DNA from: Leptogorgia sarmentosa
Taxonomy: Eukaryota
Direction of reading: 5' to 3'
DNA: 64,000 nt
Assembly: GCA_964658305.1 (NCBI GenBank)
Contig: OZ210885.1
Span: 25,234,001-25,298,000 of the forward strand
Part shown: positions 50,155 through 62,760 of the stretch, piece by piece
Position numbering within the stretch: position 1 is the first letter of the stretch
How the letters are laid out: every line of letters starts with the position of its first letter
Program-made: the position numbers and the translations under genes
The notes under the pieces: model-generated
Seen by the model: only the letters and a program-made list of their open reading frames with translations
The model's database searches: none
Told to the model about the DNA's origin: nothing

Positions 50155-50955
50155 CGAACTACATGAAAAAATTCTACCTAAAAATTTTAATAGGAACACA
50201 GTCAAGGTCAGTTACAGTTGCATGAACAATGTCAAGTCTATAATTTCTAGGCACAACACACGTATGATTAGGAAAAGTAAGCCACAATGCGAGGCCATGG
50301 ACCTATGCACTTGTAGAGACAAGAACACATGCCCACTTCAGGAAAAATGCATGACCAAAGACATAGTCTACAAGGCCACTGTCACCTGCACAAACAGCAC
50401 AAAACATTACATAGGCATGACGGCAAGTACATTTAAAGAGCGATATAGAAACCATATTAAATCATTTAACCACAAAGGGTACTCAAACGAAACAGAACTT
50501 TTGAAATATATTTGGGGACTAAAAGATAATAACAAAGATTTCGACATTACTTGGTCTATAATTAAGCATTGTATTTCGTATACGGGAGGAACAAAAAGAT
50601 GCAATTTATGTTTAGAAGAAAAGCTCTGTATTTTGAAAGATAAAAACAAACAAAATTTACTAAACAAAAAATCGGAAATAGTTTCGACATGTAATCATAA
50701 AAAGAAATACCTAGTAAACAACCTAAACAATGGAAGGAAATCAAGGAATGCATGCATTGTTTGACGCCCATGCCCACGTTTCCAACTCAAAACACTTATA
50801 AGCAGCAAACTTTTCGAAATTTGTCAGCCATCTGATGATTCCTCTTGGATGAAACAGGCTGTAGTGGCACCTTTTTGAGGCAAAACTATACTATTTGCTC
50901 TATCTATATGGTATCGAGCACTCTTTAGGCATTTCGTTAACCAAAACTTTATCGT
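50155..50955 (+). mobile_element. Penelope-like element 3' fragment (GIY-YIG endonuclease and terminal repeat)
   Basis: ORF 50108-50764 has FNRNTVKVSYSCM, IVYKA..YIGMT..FKERYRNH, TEL.KYIW and CNLCLEEK. A hammerhead and (TA)n follow. Confidence 0.85.
50827..50868 (+). ncRNA. Minimal type I hammerhead ribozyme
   Basis: GCCAT CTGATGA TTCC-TCTT-GGAT GAAA CAG-G-CTG TA GTGGC: conserved core, stem I GCCAT/GTGGC, stem II TCC/GGA and a near-loopless stem III. Confidence 0.75.
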
Positions 50956-52227
50956 ATATATATATATATATATTTTTTTTCCCTCAAGGTATGAATACTG
51001 TTGGGTTAACTTCTTTCATACAGCAGCATCCAGAAGCTATCTGCTTTTTATTTCCGTCCCAACAAGAAGCAACCATTCTTGGCAATGATATAAAAGAACG
51101 GATGGTTTTCCATAACAAGGAAGGGAATCAACCAGTTATCTGCATGTTTCTTGAGTACATCGACTTGATTGAGAAACGGCAAGAAGGCATGCTGGCCAGT
51201 GCATTGCAATTCTTTACAAAGCCCATATCAATAATGTATAATGCATACATGTCCAAAGTGGATGTCTATTGAATTCACCCTGCTCTTTTATTCGTTGGGA
51301 GCTGTGTGTTATTAAGTACTTAATAACAAAAAGAGTGTGTATACACATGCTCCACTGATGAGGTCAACTTAACTAATTTTGCAAGTTTTTACCTAAATTT
51401 TTTAAATATCACACCATTAGTTGATGTCACTTGTCACCTGTGCTTGTCAACTTTCATAACACAGTTTGCAACCAATGAAAATGCAGAACTTGTATTATTA
51501 TGTCATACCGTCCTTCGTTATCTATTACAGTATTGCCGGAGCCAGAGGTGAAAAAACTAAAGGTGTATCGCACCACACATTACATGTCACTTCTGTGTAA
51601 TAAAGTAACTACATGAACATGCTGCATATATTTCATATATTTCTTAAATTTTAATGGTTGAAATTTAGTATATTAATTGTATTACAATATTTACAGTATT
51701 TCGAGAACTTGAATGCGCTGAAAAAAATTACAGATTGTGTTACATGAAATGAGTTACTTATTATCATTTCCTGATTAAATATAGCCATTTGTTTTGTAGA
51801 TGGTGCAACACTTAGTGATTTATGCTGCTTCTGGACTGGTTCCAACATGCTTCCTCCTCGATCAGGGAAGCTAAATGTTCTTTTTAACAAATCATCGTCA
51901 AATTTAATGCCAATGGCTGAGAGTTGCTTCAGAAACCTGACGCTTTGTGTTGTCCACCTTTGCCTTGAACAATTTCGGAAACACATGGATAACGCTCTTA
52001 AATTTGGCTCAAAAGGTTTCACATTCTCCTGATTTTGCTGATTATTTTTTAAACTTTTATATAAAACTTTCATAAAACTTTTAGGAACTATTTTTTAAGT
52101 GATGTTATGTTGGTTGTTAGGTTTCCTTTGAAATACTAAATGCAATGTATAGACTGTTCATACTGTTAAAAACATTTACACTTTTGGAATTGGTGTTGAC
52201 TTGAAAAGAATTATAAATTTGCCTCTA

Positions 52228-52435
52228 CAGGGTGTGTCAGAAAAAACTGAACCCTTTCGTTCAATAACGTATTGTAGTATTTTGACATGGCTAATCCCTC
52301 ATCAAATTTAATATGCGTAAATTATTCGATTTCTTTGAATTTCATCTCATGAGTATACATAGAAGACTTGTGCACTACAATATGTTATACAGCTAACTTG
52401 AATTTCAAAGGTTCAGTTTTATCTGATACACCCTG
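52228..52435. mobile_element. Small Tc1/mariner-type MITE
   Basis: CAGGGTGTGTCAGAAAAAACTGAACC / GGTTCAGTTTTATCTGATACACCCTG with TA TSD. Confidence 0.85.
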
Positions 52436-52487
52436 TACATGTAGTACTTGAAATTATGTGTGCAAATTATGCAGTTTACATAAATTA

Positions 52488-55400
52488 CTACTCATTTGTC
52501 AGAAGCTGTAGATACTCCAGGTAGCAATCTACTCCATGACAATTCGATTGCCGAAGAGGGTCTATATTTTGTCTTAATACATTATGTTGTTCCATACCAA
52601 ATGGACAATTAGTTACCAGGACCTCAACATGATTTCCATTACCCAATTCATTTATTTCTGTTGGAATTGGACCTTCCCAGTCAACACCATAATCATCAAT
52701 GTTTACCTGTAATATTAAAAATGAAAAATTATAAGGTTGATGAATATTTATAGGTTTCTAATAGGGTAGTATCATACATACTAATGTAAGTCAGTGACTC
52801 TTGAACTATTTCAGTGCAACTATAATCTATAACAACAATTTTCGTTATAAAAAAAACACCTCATCTACCTATATAGAGTTTTGACTATGGCATTGGAGAT
52901 GGTATTCACATTTTGTTGTAGGGATGAGGTGCTGAAATTTTTAGATTTGAAATATCTTAGGACGCAAATAGTTCTTGGAAGTTGCACAAAACTCATTTGG
53001 AAGAGTACATCTTCCGAGCTTCCAGAAAGTCTGTCTATACACACCCATTGTATGGTTGTTGTAAAGCAAATGTACAATGCATTCAAAAAGTCATTAATAT
53101 TCATAAGGAAAAACAAACAAAAACACTCTGTTTTGTGTCATGTCTTTATAAGTGATAAAACACTCTTACTCGTGTTTTAAAGTGTCTATGAACTCAAAAA
53201 TTCATATTCAATTTTTTGGGCTTATATGATAGCTGTGGGGATGAAACATACGAGAAAAGTTGTTTGACGAAAATCTGTTGAGTAGTTCCTGAGAAATATA
53301 AGCTCAAAGTTTCAATATTTTGGTCATTTTTTTTGAGAACTGGGAACAAGTTTAGTGGGGTCATGACGTGTGCAAATGGACACGAAGGCGCACAGACGTA
53401 TACAATCAATCAATAAAACTTAGTCTTCAAGTTTATCTTCACAAGCCAGCTTCGGCGAAAACGAAATTTAAGAACAGTTTTTCGTGTTCCAAACATATCC
53501 CAACAATCCGCCTGCTAATAGCGGCGATGAAGTAGTGAAGGAAAGTGAAACAGACGACGAGAATGCTATTTCATCTCAAACACTTGCGCACCAATATGAG
53601 ACTATGAGTATAGGAATTAAATTCACAAATGTGTCACGCGAATGTACATTTATTGAAATAGAGGCCTTAGGTATGGAACACCGCTATTTTCACAATGTTT
53701 TACGGGTGCAAGTGTGGTCGTGTGTATTCCTTCAAAGAGAAAGATGCAGCGTGCCGGGTAATAACACTAAATAACATGCAGTAAATATGCGGGTAATCAG
53801 TTTTAAGTATTTATTTCTCTTGACGTACATAAATAGAAACCTGACCAGTATCAAAGTATTCCTTGGAATAGTGATAGTACGCATTATTTTTATTTCAATT
53901 TAGATAGAAATCTATGTGCTATAGCTTGTCGTTTGCTGGTATTATGACTTTATGGATCATACCTATATAGGTTAGGATCCTTCGAAGCCTTCACCAGCCT
54001 GCATTTTAATATCACCAGATAAGGTCTGCGCCGTTTCCACTTTCCAAGTGTAAATTAATGTATGAATAACGAGTTACTGTATGTGTATCTAATGTCGACC
54101 TATTTGAATAAAAATCGTTCACATATATATCCCCTTACTAAGGCTCACTTATTGCCTGTCAAATGATGTGTAATAATAAATGCGTTACATTCTGCAACTG
54201 CCATTTCGTGCCTTTTTTCGTTGCTGGTTGACTATTTCGACTGTGTGTATTCATTGTTTCATTGCACTAGTTGGCCACTAATTCATTATTTTATACTTTT
54301 ATAATTCTGATGCGCAAAGCATATAAAAAACGAGAAAAGCAGTCGCGACTGTTGAAATGTTATACTCAAATAACTCAATACAAGTATTAAATTCGTCCAT
54401 CTTCCCTAGCGCACAAATCCTTAAAAACACGGTTGACATATATTCGGGCATTAGAAAAAATATGAAAAAATATTATTTAATGTAGAATATCAATGAAAAA
54501 TTCCATTAATTTTGTTTTCACAGCGTTTATATACTGTATATGTATAGTGTTTTAGTCTTATTATACTATACACATTGTGCGACGTGTCCATTTGCATACA
54601 TCATAATGACCTTAGGTCACGATTTGACCGCGCGATAACTTGACCACAAAATCATGCATTTTCACCATGTTTGAGCGTTTGTAACTTAAAAACTATTCTA
54701 CGGATTGACTTCAAATTTCGCACAGATTGTTTTCATGACATATTGTGTCCTTTGATTAAAAAAAAAGTGGGGGTGATTTTTGAGTTCATAGACACTTTAA
54801 ATGTACATGATACAAAGCTAGTACCAGTAGAAATTTGTTGATACTATACAACAATCTCAAGGCGCATTTGCTCTGATATAACCCCAGTTAGTTTTATCCT
54901 GCTGAAGGTAAACTTGCCTAACCAGGATTATGTAAGAAAGAAGACATTATACCACAGGTTTGCACTAAAAATTGCAGCTGCTGTAGCCTGGATGAAGTGT
55001 TTATATGGAATTTGGTAGCATGATAAACACTGATTAAAATTTTTATTAAAAACAGGATCTTGGTATGCAGCCAATTAAATATACTATAATTTTTATTACT
55101 ACAAAATATAACAGTCATTCTTATTAATTAAATTTTCATTACCTCTTCAAACTCTCTTGCAACAGTCCCGTATGGGTTTCTATTTCTTATTAGATCATTG
55201 ATCCAAAGTTGTTCCGGGCTTTGGTTACTTTCAGTGCTAATGGGCCCCAGGTTATGACCAGTTTTGAATTCTTGCAAACTCAGATTGATCCTTGGTTGGT
55301 AAACATAGTGAAGAGCAGCCAAATGGTGTTCGTTTGACACATCTAATATACCCCAATCCTCCATGGAATGGAATAGATGATAGAACATATGAGTGCAACC

Positions 55401-55555
55401 AGCAAACAGGTCTCGCCATAATCTTTCAATTCGCTGGTTATGCACACTTCGACCTGTGATGTGACTTCCTCTACCGGGACCTCGATTTGGGTGGTTTGTA
55501 CCAAGCAACATCTACATTTTCCCCACCTTTATCAGAGCACACTCTTGAGGGCATT
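52488..55555 (-). pseudogene. IS3EU-like integrase-core (DDE) transposase, 5'-truncated, two exons
   Basis: PSRVCSDKGGENV (~55512-55553) and [23 protein letters not shown] (55128-55511). Last exon YGVDWEGP..DPL..GVDCY at 52706-52488. Confidence 0.75.
53181..54796. mobile_element. Non-autonomous Kolobok-type element in the integrase intron
   Basis: TTAA on both flanks; TIR AGTGTCTATGAACTCAAAAAT starting with AG. Confidence 0.8.
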
Positions 55556-55674
55556 TCTCAAGGAGAAATAACTCTCTTAATTGTGTGAAGAATAAGTAGC
55601 AGAAAAGAGTACAATAATGTATAATATACAAAATTTTGTTAATATTGGCTACATAGGATATATGCTTCATAATT

Positions 55675-55931
55675 TCAAACGGCATGATGCAGCAATGTTG
55701 GCAATGTCTGCTTTGTATCCCCTACTTGAAATGCACTCACATGATCCCAATGGCAAACCTTTGGTTATATATCGCGATCCTGCATATTCACACAGAATTC
55801 ACTTGCAATCACCATACAAAGGAGCAAATCTGACTGTTGCCCAGCAACAATTCAACAAGTCAATGAGCTCTGTAAGAGGTGCTGTCAACTGGCCATTTGG
55901 GGAAATTGCAACCTATTTTGCTTTTAACTAG
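55675..55931 (+). pseudogene. PIF/Harbinger (HARBI1-like) transposase fragment
   Basis: RHDA..L, IYRDPAY and FNKSMSSVR.AVNWPFG match DDE_Tnp_4 motifs with degenerate catalytic positions. Confidence 0.8.
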
Positions 55932-57322
55932 AAATACATATATGCAGCAACCCCTTGCCTTACTAACCAAATAATGCAACTATATTTTTGAAACATGAAG
56001 TACTTTAAAGCGGCCTGAGGTTGTTGTCATGGCAACACGAACAGAAATTCATATTTCTGTATTTTTTTTAAAGCTGTCAAAATATATATATGTTATTTAC
56101 CAGCTGGGAGGTCCGTGTGGGAAAATATTTGTTGAGGTCTCAAAAACAGTGTGAGGCACGTTTTTGAGACTGAGACAAATATTTTCCAGTACAGACCGAC
56201 CTAAACGGTAAATAATGCATTTATTTTTTTTTACCTAAAAATTACGTCCCCCTTCCCCGCCCGAGCGAAATCAGCAAATGCTATGTGACGCCAAATAAGG
56301 AAGTCAACTGACATTGTTTATTTCAATATTCAGAAAAATTCAAATATTCAGAAACGAATACAAATATTTACAGAGGTTAACAAAAACCGTGCTAATATAC
56401 AAATGTATGGTGGCCCAGACGCGACAAGCAAATTCATTTTTCACTTTCATAATATTCGGTTCTTGATTGTCAGGTATTTGATTTTCAGGTCTCTGATTTT
56501 TAGGTCTTTGATTAGTTTGTTTTGAATAGGTATATCGAACGGAGGTTCTTTATTATTTCGTCAACTGGTGTTTGCTATCTCTTGTTCCACTTATATACAG
56601 TGCCAGCATACATCTCTTATTCGTGCCGACAAAATTGCAAAGACATGTAGCGGTACGACCGGAAGGGACTCCACTGCTCGGGAAATACCAAATATTCTAT
56701 ATAGACACATGCATGCTCGCACGTTCACAATGAACCAAAGAGGAGCATAGAAAAGATCATAGAAGAGCGATCATACAGTGTTGGGCAACTCTAGCTTTTG
56801 GGGTCGGCCATGGGGTTCCAACTATATGGTATATTGCAGTTTTTAAACCCGGTATATGGTATATTACCGTTATATTCGGGTATATACGATACCAAGACCC
56901 CCTTGGCCAGCCCTAAGCTTTGGCCAGGCCGTTCTGCAAATTATCCAGCGAAAAATCAAAAACCGAAAAATTAAACTGAAAAATCAAAAACCGAAATCAA
57001 AAACCAACAAATCAAAAACTCAACAAATCAGAGTGTCATGAGTCATGATATGCACTACATGACTAATGGATGTTTTTGCGAACGTTTCAATAGCTTTTAT
57101 TTTGGGAAAGAAAGCGAATGATATTCTGAAACTCACTGAACTTCAAGACATCGAAGTCTCAAACCTATGCCAAGTTTTCACCCTCGATATCAAATTGAAG
57201 ACAGTCTGTGTGTCGGTTGTATCGTTTTGGAATTCGCCTTCTTCATCAACATCAAGCGACTTATCCTTATGTCTGGTTGCTCTGGAGATGAAAGGAATGC
57301 CCACAGCCAAGAAAGACGTGCC

Positions 57323-57998
57323 ATAATGTGCTCGTGTGAGTGCAATGGACGGCATCACACACTAGAAAGAGACAAGGAAAGAACAGTGCAGAGCTGTCAT
57401 TCAGTTATAGAAATTATATATTAGTAAAATTTATTGGACAAACTGAAATTCCCTATCTAGTTTTAAATTTCATGTTTTAATTTTGCAAGCAATAACACAT
57501 TAATATATTGCACTGCAATTATGACCAATTGATCTGGGATCAATTGACTTTAACGCCACCCCACATGGTTATGGTTTGGGACTGGTGGTTAGGGTCAGAT
57601 TTATGGTTTGGGACTGCTTTATTTTGTGAATATACGCCACCCATGCGCGTGGGGTGGCGTTAAAGTCAATTGATCCCAGAGAGATTGATGCATGCAAGAA
57701 CAAAATGCAGGAGTTTCAGTCATCATTTGTCCCACCCATATAATTGCAGTGCGATATATTAATGTGTTATTGCTTGCAAAATTAAAGCATGAAATTTAAA
57801 ACTAGATAGGAAATTTCAGTTTGTCCAATAAATTTTACTAATATATAATTTCTATAACTGAATGACAGCTGCACTGTTCTTTCCTTGTCTCTAAAATAGT
57901 CAATAAAAATATATAGTTCAATTCTTACCTTATTCTTACTCTGTGATTTAAACCAGAGTGTGTGATGCCGTCCATTGCACTCACACAAGCACATTATT
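57323..57998. repeat. Foldback element
   Basis: ~57323-57525 mirrors ~57738-57998 with an indel. Inner 31-bp inverted repeat TCTGGGATCAATTGACTTTAACGCCACCCCA at ~57533-57563 and ~57650-57680. Confidence 0.85.
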
Positions 57999-58259
57999 AG
58001 GTGACAGAAAGGTAGAGGAGTGTGACAGAGAAAGGAGTGAATTTTGTAATTTTGTTTATTTTCTAATAGATATGGTTCTTATTGAATCTTGTGAGGGTTG
58101 TATATCGGGGACAACTTCGGTATAGTTTATTTAGATTCCAAATCAAATCCAATTTCCGAATGTCTTCTTCAGAAACATTCTTTTTTGATTCTTGAAAATT
58201 TAATACAATTAAATAGTCTATAAAAATTAAGGTTTGTTACTCGTATGATTAAACTATTA

Positions 58260-58868
58260 TCCAGAGAGTTGAATGCTGGTGGTGCCAACTACGCTGTCAA
58301 TGGTCAGGCTTCTGATGGATGCCGTAATTGTACATGTAGCTACACCAAATCTCCCGGATTTGTTTACGACACATGCAATTGGCAACTATCAAATTATGTG
58401 TATGAGCCTGCATGGGTATTTACGCTAATATGCAACCAATCATATTATATGCTTTAATTGTCTCTTTATTAGGAGCTGGAGACAAATGGATTGTTCGAGA
58501 AGGACAACATTCACAGGTTGCATTTTATACATTGACCATTTAATTAAAAGAAATCAATAATGCAGAACACAATTAGCGATATAATTGCTACGCCATCGCC
58601 AACACGTTTAATAACTTCCAGCTCGACGAATTAATCTACCTATGCGAATATTTTTGTGTTCATTGACTGCGAAAACAATCAATTTCTAATTAGTTTTAAT
58701 GTTTGTGTTTTTCTTTAGAGGCTGTCTATATGTTTTTATGCCATATTTGCAAAAAGAATTACAGGAATTTATGAGCGAGTACAACGCATACAATATAAGA
58801 AAACAAAAGGATCGTCTTCATCCCCCTGGTATACCAGAAGACAACTTTTTATTTCCCGAGCGAAAAGG
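58260..58868 (+). pseudogene. Exon remnants of a second integrase-core-like transposase (C-terminal part)
   Basis: ELETNGLFEKDN (~58473) and CLYVFMPYLQKELQEFMSEYNAYNIRKQK..PPGIP (~58720-58867) resemble the region after the catalytic Glu in this family. Confidence 0.45.
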
Positions 58869-59169
58869 TTAATTGTTTTTCACATTGGCAAGTAGTGAAC
58901 ATAAAGCAGTAATTTTATTTTATCAACTTTTATCATCCTAACAATTGGGGAGTCGTAGGGGAAAGAATTGGATGGCCAAGTTTCCTAGCTCAAAGAGTAG
59001 AATTTCAGATTAGACATCGAGGAATACTGGTTAGAATATTCTTGGTTAACAACGTAATCCTTTCTTTAATTAAACAAGGTTTCCTAATGATCACGCAACA
59101 GCGTGATATGACCCTATACTACTGACTACTCATGTTCCGACTTCCGCTGTGCGGCATGCCTATTTTCAA

Positions 59170-59510
59170 CATAGGCGTACGGGACCATTTTATTTGGGGG
59201 GGCTGAACAATTTGCCCGAACATTTTTTCAACCCGCCTCATAATTTTTTCCAAAATCTCTTCCACCTCCTCTCTCTCCTCTCCTCCCCCCCCCCCCCTCG
59301 CCAACTTTTTTTTCCGAATAATTCGTCCAAATAAAGTTGTTTTTGTATGAAATATATTGTTATATTTAATTTGTTTAAATATATTGCACGAAAAACCAAA
59401 ATATTTAAATATATTGCCCGAAAAACAGAAATATATTGCCCGAAAATTGTCCATTGAATCCAATATGGGGGGGCTGCAGCCCCCCCAGCCCCCCGGCTCG
59501 TATGCCTATG
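59170..59510. mobile_element. hAT-type MITE
   Basis: CATAGGCGTACG / CGTATGCCTATG termini; 8-bp TSD ATTTTCAA (59162-59169, 59511-59518). Confidence 0.9.
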
Positions 59511-59839
59511 ATTTTCAACTTAGGCTTTGGCTGAAGACACTTTTCACGATTTTTAAACGGTAGGTTTCTGTCAACAAGGATTCCAAATCCAGCCTGGTGA
59601 TCTTGCGCCTTTCGTAGAGTTGCTAGACTGATTCCTGATTACTTATCCCGGGAATTTTGCCAGTTGCTTGACCAACACCTTACAGCCTTTGCTGGAACAA
59701 CAGAAATCTTAAGCGTGCCGCAATCTATGTGTCCAATATAAAATATCTTCATGAATAGCTAGTTGGAAGTTGCAGAGTTTACATACATGCACACGTCAAG
59801 TTTCTAATGTTGCATCATATGCATATTCCTATAATTCCC

Positions 59840-60008
59840 AGGCTCGTTTGCACGAGCGATTTCTTGCTGCAATTTTCTCCTTTTGGCAGATGTGGATTAA
59901 TAACAAATGTGAGTGTTGCTTCCTCACCTGAACATTTGTTCTCGGTTTACTCGTTCACATCCGTCAAAAGGATAAAATCGCACTAAAAATCGCTTGTGTG
60001 AACAGGCT
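59840..60008. mobile_element. Degenerate Harbinger-type MITE
   Basis: GGCTCGTTTGCACGAGCGATTT is imperfectly mirrored by AAATCGCTTGTGTGAACAGGC. Confidence 0.45.
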
Positions 60009-60353
60009 TTTATGGGGGTGATTTAATTTACGCGGAGAGTTTTCATTCTATAATAAATCTAAGTTAAAAATAATAGCTAACGAAATTAATAATAAATTCA
60101 ATATCAACCGACATTTTTTTGTGTCTCTTATCTTTAGATACCCCTAACGTGTTATGAAATGAAAAATAAAAATTGTGTTCTGTCCTCAGCTCACAATGGA
60201 CGAACTTCGAATACGAGACACACAAATGCATTTCAAGAATATAAATCATGGTTCATAAGATCAGAAAGTTGTTTCAAAAGCCTATTCATGGTGATCCTTT
60301 CTGATGGTACTTTGAAGCAGGACTGAACAATTTTTTGTACATCCGGATATGCT

Positions 60354-62719
60354 CAGAGGCGTTGCTAGGCCTGTATAAGTGAGTGGGTGTAACGTGACAT
60401 TTTGCCGAGTGCATAAGCACTTTTTTGCCGACTCACGAAATATTGAACAGCATACGACATGTACATGAAATGTGGTACGTGAATGGAAGTAATTGACCTA
60501 CATTACCCCTCGGACACAGCTAATATTTTTTGACACACGTTACTGAATAGTATAGCTTGCAACTATAAATATAGCAAGTGTTACTTGACTGTACAGCCTT
60601 ACAACGAAATTTACAACGGAGAATAACCTGTATTAAGCACTTGTATATATTTAAATTCTGGGTGAGTGAAACATTTTACTTAGCCAAACATTCAGTTATG
60701 AAAATAAGATCACTCTTGGCGATAACTGCAATTTATGAATCTGAATGGTTGAAGAATTTTTTACTATACGTCAATGTTTGCACATGTTTGCCTTTACTAA
60801 ACTGTAACGTTATTTTTCTATAGTACTAATCATTCAACGCCTTGGTTTCGAAGCCCAAATTTTCAAAACGTCTTCAATGTCCAATGAATCAGTTAAGTCC
60901 TTTTCGCAGTTTAAAATCATCAAGTTATCCAACCGCTTGTCAGCCATTGTCGATCGATAAACTCCCTTCACAAATTTAAGGTGACTAAAAGTTCCTTCGT
61001 CCTTTGCAACAGAAATAGGCGCTGTCAACACAAGCTTGTATAATTTCCATGTTAAAGGTAGGATAGCTCGATGATCATGATGATCATGGACAAAATGGAT
61101 AACTCTGTCTCCACTCGCCAGTTCGTCCTGACTTGGCACTTTGGTGTTGGACAAAATGTTGGCGAAAACTTCTAACTCGGCTGCTAATACTTCGCAATCG
61201 ACATTACTTGGGATCATTTCTGCTACGGCCTTTATGTCTGTTGGTAATGCTTGTTGCAATGGAAGCTGCAATAGACATGATAATGGCGCAATGATGTCGA
61301 GTGTTGGCTGGATTTTCTCTTTAAATTCCGTTATTAAAACATCCAAAACGCACTTAAACTCTTAAAATTTAAAGTAGCTATCTCAGATTTGCTTCCACAT
61401 GTCAGATCCTCAGCTCTATTCATATCCAAAGCTGGATGATTTTTCGCCGTAGTAGTTAACTCCTCTCCACTATAGCTTTTGTCACATTTTGCTTCTGTTC
61501 GTTCTGTATCCACCGTATTGGTTATTGCTGGCGACCTCACTCCGGCCTCTCAAAAGCTTTCTTCACCGCTTCGAATGGATTTTCAGGAGCATTAGCAACT
61601 TTATATGGAATCGCTTTGTGTTGACTGTTAAGGGCTGGATGAAAGGTTTTATTGTGTGTGCTGCAGTAGTCGGTGTGCTGCGGTAGTCGTCATCAAATTG
61701 ATGGTGGCATAACAAACATTCCAGCTTAACCCTCTTTCGCTTACGTGAAATTTTTGCAGCCTTTTTTGAGATTTCCATGGTTTCTCAGTTGCATTTTGCA
61801 GGTTACTTGACTCACATCTCATACGATAGTTGATAATTCTAAGCACCTATGGTACAAAAATGGTTATCTTTTCTTATGGCTTATCCCAATATACATTATA
61901 CTTCGAGACTATACAGAATGTTTCGCGAAGTTGAGAATGATCCCGAATTTGTTCAGTCTTTTTATAACTGTGTATATTATACGCAATTTTATAAAATAAT
62001 ATGATAACTTTTCGCAACCACTGCCGACCAGCTTTTCTATTTTACGATTTTCTTTAGTAGGTATAGCAATAGATTTATAGGTTCTTATTGCCTATATGAA
62101 AATAATCTATTCTTTGAATCTCTTTTATAATGAAAATTTATGTTCAAACTAACTTTTCGGACAATTTTTGCCCCAAAGTCTTCTGGACTTGAATTCTTAT
62201 CAGTTATCATGCATATATAATTAATTCACTTTAATTTAAATATGACCCGGTGTTAAATGAATAATGCATGAGAAGCAATAATTATACTCACCATTCAAGC
62301 AATTTGTAAAGAATAAAGAACACGATTTAAATAAATTAAAATTTTGAAGTCAAACATGTTGTGGTCACTGCTCAGCGGTTATGACAACACAATGCCTCTA
62401 CGTCATGTTATTTTCACTGAATCTGCGATTTGGCTGTATGTGCTTGCCGATTCGTTTTTGCCAAAGTGGTTGCTTGGGTACCAAATTGGGGCACGATTTT
62501 GATTGTTTAGCGTATACTAGTGTATACGGAATTGTGGTAAATATAACTAATAACGTTCTTCAAAAATTCGCCGAAAATTGAATCATGTAATCTTTTAGAG
62601 ACGACTGATGAAGCGAAGTTCCCTCGTGTTGCCGAGTCAATCATCATTTTGCCGAGTCAATGGTGAATGGGAGGGGGGTGTGCCCCCCACACCCCCCCCC
62701 CCCTCTGGCGACGCCTCTG
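60354..62719 (-). mobile_element. Internally deleted hAT transposon
   Basis: CAGAGGCGTTGCTAG / CTGGCGACGCCTCTG TIRs and 8-bp TSD GATATGCT (60346-60353, 62720-62727). ORF 60834-61346 is a hAT dimerisation domain (LTAPISVA..E.TFS.LK..K..RSTM..RL..L). N-terminal CLLC remnant near 61720; the catalytic core is absent. Confidence 0.9.
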
Positions 62720-62760
62720 GATATGCTGAGAGACGACTGGCGTCTGGATATTCCCCTATT

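Larger units (their letters stand above)
43658..52032 (+). pseudogene. G2E3-like HECT E3 ubiquitin ligase, multi-exon, disrupted
   Basis: GGGFELL..IFVRPIQCDL (44163-44443). Across the hAT insertion it reads LARTRVRFEGEEGLGTGPVREF. C-lobe FWTGSNMLP..PMAESCFRNLTL..ALKFGSKGF with catalytic Cys (~51800-52032). Confidence 0.75.

Noticed and set aside
57066..57424. Overlapping short ORFs
   Set aside because: No recognisable domain, and they partly overlap the foldback arm.
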